64,000 bases of DNA from Octopus vulgaris (Eukaryota): positions 79,732,001 through 79,796,000 of the forward strand of contig OX597830.1 in NCBI GenBank assembly GCA_951406725.2. Reading direction: 5' to 3'. The translations under genes and the position numbers were made by a program. The notes under the pieces are model-generated. The model was not told the DNA's origin, made no database searches, and worked only from the letters and a program-made list of their open reading frames with translations. Below are positions 59,130 through 64,000 of this stretch, in pieces. Numbering within the stretch: the stretch's first letter is position 1; each line of letters begins with the position of its first letter.

Positions 59130-60242
59130 GAGAGCCATGCTCTTCCGCGCCCTATCAAAGTCTGATGCTGGTGTCACTATTCGCTACAGATGTGACGGCC
59201 GATTCTTTGACCTCAGACGTCTGAAGGCAAAAACCAAAGTCTTGGGCGCCGTAGTGAGAGACTTCCTGTTTGCAGACGATTGTGCGCTTGCAGCATTGAA
59301 TGAACCAGACCTGCTGCAAGAACTTGACACTTGTCTCGCAGAAGCAGCAAAAGCCTTCGGACTGACCTTTAGCCTGCGAAACACTGAAATGATGCTTCAG
59401 CCTGCACCTGGCATGACACCTCCTGAGTCTCAGATTAGATTGAGGGCACAACCCTGAACAACGTGGAGAGATTTACATACCTGGGAAGCTGTCTGTCCTC
59501 AAGCTGCAGCATGGACAAACATGTCTCCATGAGGCTTGCAAAAGCAGGAGCTTCGTTTGGCAGACTTTGGACATGTGTGTGGGCCGAACGAAGCGTTAGA
59601 CTTTCCACCAAGCTGGCAGTCTATACGGCAGTCGTCATCACCTCTCTGCTCTACGACTGTGGGACATGGATTCTGTATAGGAGGCAAATGCGAGTACTTG
59701 ACTAGTTCCATCTCTGCTGCTTGCGACGAATCATGTGAATTTCCTGGGAGGACAGAGTCTCCAACACTGAGGTGCTTTGCAGAGCCTAAATGCCCGGTAT
59801 CGAAGCCCTCATCATGAAGGCCCAACTCCGGTGGGTCGGACATGTAGTCCGAATGGACGACGCGCATCTACCAAAGATGATCTTCTTCTCTGAGCTGGAT
59901 TCTGGAGTAAGAAACCCTGGAAGGCCACTGGGGCGATACAAGGACAGTCTGAAAACTTCCCTTGAGGCCTACGGCATTTCAGCTCGTGGCTAAGAATCGC
60001 TTGCCTCTGACCGCAGCACCTGGCGTCCAGCTGTCCAAAAGGGTGTTAGGCTGCTCGAGGAAAAGCGCCTCAAGAGCCTGGACCAGAAGCGACAAGCCCG
60101 AAAAGAGAGGATCTCCAATCCTACTTCTGCTGTTACGTGCCCAACATGTGGCCACGTCTGCGCGTCCGCCTTTGGGTTCCGCTCTCACCTCTGGTGTCAC
60201 TGATGTCACTGTCAAACCCCAACAGACTTCCATCATATCATG
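59130..60242 (+). mobile_element. RTE-clade LINE 3' part (RT C-terminus and zinc finger)
   Basis: IRYRCDGRFFDLRRLKAKTK, FLFADDCAL, FTYLGSCLS, QLRWVGHVVRM, CPTCGHVC..GFRSH; stops and frameshifts. Confidence 0.9.
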
Positions 60243-61212
60243 AGGGGCTGTATGAATGTATGTTGGTCTGTGTGCATATTGTGTATGGGTGGGGGGTGCT
60301 ATGTGTGCATATTATATGAGATTATATGCTCTGTTTGTTGGTGTGTATGTGTTTTAGGTGTGTATGTTTGTTATGTGTATTGGTATGCGTGTACAGTTTG
60401 TGTGTGTGTATGCTATGTGCGTCCGTTGTGTGCATATTATGTGAGTGTGTATGCTCTGTTTGTTGGTTAATGTGTATATTTTGTGGAGGTGTTTATGGTA
60501 TGTGTGTTGCTGTGTTTCTATATTGTTTGCGTGTGTGTGTGTATTATGTGGGAGTGTGTGCTATGTGAGTTGGTCGTGTGTATATTATGTGGGGGGGTGC
60601 TATGTGAGTTGGTGTGTGTATATATTTTGAAGGGGTGTATGCTATGTGTGTTGGTACGTGTGTACATTTTGTGGGAAGTGTGTGTTTGTGGGGGGAATTA
60701 CAACCGTGTTTCGTTGTCTGCTACCACAACAGCTCCTTTATAGGATCCAGTTAGCTCAAGACATCATCAGGAGGAACCACGTCCGGTTTCGGCCCCTACT
60801 CTCTACTGTTATGACGTGGAGGGGCCCGGCCCCTTTCGGATGTGTCTCCTTTCTTTTGTTTCCTGGCCTCTTCGATGTATCGTCAGCGAGTGCCAGCCGG
60901 TCACTGACTAACTTGTCAAATTTTCCCCTTTAAATACCTGCCGCCAGTCTCCAGCTTGCAGCCCCAGCAAGTTGTCGCGTGATACTGTCTCACCTTAACT
61001 GACTAGTGAAGGAACGTAGTCTTAGCCCTCGCATTCTCTAAACGACCGTCACCTGTCATTCAGCGAAGCTGATTCAGTGTCAGCTTGTCTCGCCTAGTGA
61101 TGTTATTTCCTGCCGGCATGTTATGACTTTCAAGCCATTTTCGGTCTTCCCGCTTCAGCCATAGATAGAAGCTGGCTTTTTCCACCGCCTACTGTACTCT
61201 TCTTATTAGTTT

Positions 61213-61580
61213 TCTATTACATTGGCTCCAGTACTCAACTGGTACTTATTTTAGCGACCCCGAAGGGATGAAAAGCAAAGTCGACCCCGGTGGAATTTGA
61301 ACTCGGAACATAAAGACAGACGAAATACTGTTAATCATTTTGTCTGGCGTATATTTAAAGGCTGGCGAGCTAACAAAATCGTTAGCACGCCGGACGAAAT
61401 GCTTAGCGGCATTTCGTTCGTTTTTACGTTCTGAGTTCAAATTTCGCCAAGGTCGACTTTGCCTTTTATTCCTTTCAGGGTCGATAAAATAAGTACCAGT
61501 CATGTACTGAGGTCGATGTATTCGACTTATTCACTCATCATAAATTATTGGCATTGTGCTAAAATTTGAAACGAATATTA
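61213..61580. mobile_element. Head-to-head pair of SINEs (minus ~61213-61350, plus ~61360-61580 followed by an (ATT)n tail); further copies 62515-63140
   Basis: The two segments are reverse complements of each other; GAGTTCAAATT B-box-like motif. Confidence 0.8.
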
Positions 61581-61586
61581 AGAATA

Positions 61587-61637
<51 letters not shown>

Positions 61638-61890
61638 ACATGTTATTTTCCCTCATAATTCTTAATTTCTCTTTCTTTTTTTTTTTTTCTAAATTCTCCC
61701 GACTTGATTGACGTAAAGAAATTTAATTTTCTCTCCACTAACCAAACACATCTAAAGAAAGTTGAAGAATTGTTAGAACGAAGCCAAAAATTAATATTGC
61801 GAATCTCTTAAGAGCAGGAACAGGTTGACAAGAGTTGTTTCCCTTTAATTGCTTTTCCTACAAAATTATGCAAAGAATAATTTTTAAATA

Positions 61891-62010
61891 TAGTAAGGCC
61901 TCGATATACGAGTTAATTTGTACTCGGAAACCGCTCCTAAAACAAAAACTCGGAAAGCAGAGCAATAATTTTCCATAGTAGAAATGTTATAAACCGTAAT
62001 TCGTTCCCAG
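61891..62010 (+). mobile_element. Tigger/pogo-like DNA transposon left-end fragment (copy ~63441-63560)
   Basis: TA|TAGTAAGGCCTCGATATACGAG..TTCCATAG..AATTCGTTCCCAG resembles the CAGT..CCTCG..TACG terminal pattern of Tigger-like elements; no right end found. Confidence 0.45.
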
Positions 62011-62070
62011 AAAAATATTTTCTCTATAAAATATATAATACTCGTCAATAAATGGCAATAAGCCCCAAGT

Positions 62071-62127
62071 TTTGTCAGTGAACAAACAGGTCGTGGTTTT
62101 CAAGACGAAGAAAATATTTTGACACAA
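62071..62127 (+). ncRNA. Diverged copy of the G3-C8 hammerhead fold (another at 63621-63677)
   Basis: TTTGTCA GTGAACA aaca G GTCGT ggttttcaag ACGAA GAA AATATT T TGACACA. Confidence 0.5.
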
Positions 62128-63140
62128 ATGAAAATTAAATTAACGGTTTTTGTGTGTTCTTGGATGGCTTACAAATATCTCCCATGCTGCAATTGTTTTT
62201 TTTGTTTTAGCACACGATCTCAGATCAAGTCACTTGCTATGCAAATACATCTCCGTAAGTGTAAAGAATATTTTATGTAAAGTGAAAAGAATGTCGAGAT
62301 CATTTGTAATAAAAGAAATATTATTATAATCGTTTTCTGAATCACTTTTACTCGCACTAGACTCGCGCACACCATCACTTGTAGACTCTCAGATATCAGC
62401 GGAGTCGACAACGAAGAAACGAGACAGAGACTCGTTTTAATGAATCATTCATATTTTTACGAAGGACCGTGGAATATGTTCGCAAAACTATTCGCCAGCA
62501 AGAATATATTATATTGGCTTCAAATTTTGGCACAAGGCCAGTTACATCGACTACAGTGTTCAACTCGTGTTTATTTTATCGACCCCGAAAGGATGAAAGG
62601 CAAAGCCGACCCCGACGGTCTTTGAACTCAGAACGCAAAGTCGGAAGAAACGTCGCTAAGCATTTTCCCCGGCGCCATAACGATTTTACCTACTTGCCGC
62701 GTTTAAATATATAAATTTTGGTTTCAGATTTTCGTACAAGGCCAGCATTTCGATGGAGTAGTTAAGTCTATTACACTGACTCCAGTACTCAACTGGTACT
62801 TATTTTAGCGACCCCGAAGGGATGAAAAGCAAAGTCATCCTCGGTGGAATCTGAACTTGGAACATAAAGACAGACGAAATACTGTTAATCATTTTGTCTG
62901 GCGTATATTTAAAAGCGGGCGAGCTAACAAAATCATTAGCACGCCGGACGAAATACTTAGCGACATTTCGTTCGTTTTTACGTTCTGAGTTCAAATTTCG
63001 CCAAGGTCGACTTTGCCTTTTATTCCTTTCAGGGTCGATAAAATAGGTACCAGTCATGTACTGAGGTCGATGTATTCGACTTATTCACTCATCATAAATT
63101 ATTGGCCTTGTGCTAAAATTTGAAACGAATATTAGGAATA

Positions 63141-63181
<41 letters not shown>

Positions 63182-64000
63182 ATTATTAAGCGTGTTATTT
63201 TTCCTCATAATTCTGAATTTCTCTTTTCTTTTTTTTTTTCTAAATTTTCCCGACTTGATTGGTGTAAAGAAATTTAATTTTGTCTCCACTAACCAAACAC
63301 ATCTAAAGAAAGTTGAAGAATTGTTAGAACGAAGCCAAAAATTAATATTGCGAATCTCTTAAGAGCAGGAACAGGTTGACAAGAGTTGTTTCCCTTTAAT
63401 TGCTTTCCTACAAAATTATGCAAAGAATAATTTTTAAATATAGTAAGGCCTCGATATACGAGTTAATTTGTACTCGGAAACCGCTCCTAAAACAAAAACT
63501 CGTAAAGCAGAGCAATAATTTTCCATAGTAGCAATGTTATAAACCGTAATTCGTTCCCAGAAAAATATTTTATCTATAAAATATATAATACTCGTCAATA
63601 AATGGCAATAAGCCCCAAGTTTTGTCAGTGAACAAACAGGTCGTGGTTTTCAAGACGAAGAAAATACTTTGACACAAATGAAAATTAAATTAACGGTTTT
63701 TGTGTGTTCTTGGATGGCTTACAAATATCTTCCATGCTGCAATTGTTTTTTTTGTTTTAGCACACGATCTCAGATCAAGTCACTTGCTATGCAAATACAT
63801 CTCCGTAAATGTAAAGAATATTTTATGTAAAGTGAAAAGAATGTCGAGATCATTTGTAATAAAAAAAATATTATTATAATCGTTTTCTGAATCACTTTTA
63901 CTCGCACTTGACTCGCGCACACCATCACTTGTAGACTCTCAGATATCAGCGGAGTCGACAACGAAGAAACGAGCCAGAGACTCGTTTTAATGAATCATTC

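Larger units (their letters stand above)
61213..64000. repeat. ~1.55-kb tandem duplication running off the window end
   Basis: ctccagtactcaactgg at 61226 and 62780 (period 1554); colinear to 64000, with matching ORF pairs 61246/62800 and 62220/63770. Confidence 0.95.

Overview
Repeat-dominated, AT-rich eukaryotic DNA with no recognisable host gene. The tRNA-derived SINE families and dense microsatellites suggest a cephalopod (Octopus-like) genome, but that is an inference. About 30 kb (~10.2-40.9 kb) is a tandem array of ~6.5-kb units. Each unit carries a SINE, a type I hammerhead-like motif and a ~3.05-kb non-autonomous Helitron sitting in a (TA)n tract, and that Helitron contains an internally deleted piggyBac (PGBD4-like). 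Helitron-free empty sites bracket the array, and unit 4 has a template-switch inversion/duplication. The flanks are a patchwork of decayed RTE and R4/Dong LINEs, Penelope-like elements, a PIF1-helicase Helitron 3' remnant, SINEs and a second 1.55-kb tandem duplication. The most unusual signal is a set of minimal hammerhead ribozyme folds in which the catalytic 3-8 base pair occurs in three forms: C3-G8, G3-C8 and U3-A8. Almost all short ORFs in the supplied track are microsatellite or antisense artefacts. Boundaries were read by eye and are approximate unless a motif is quoted.
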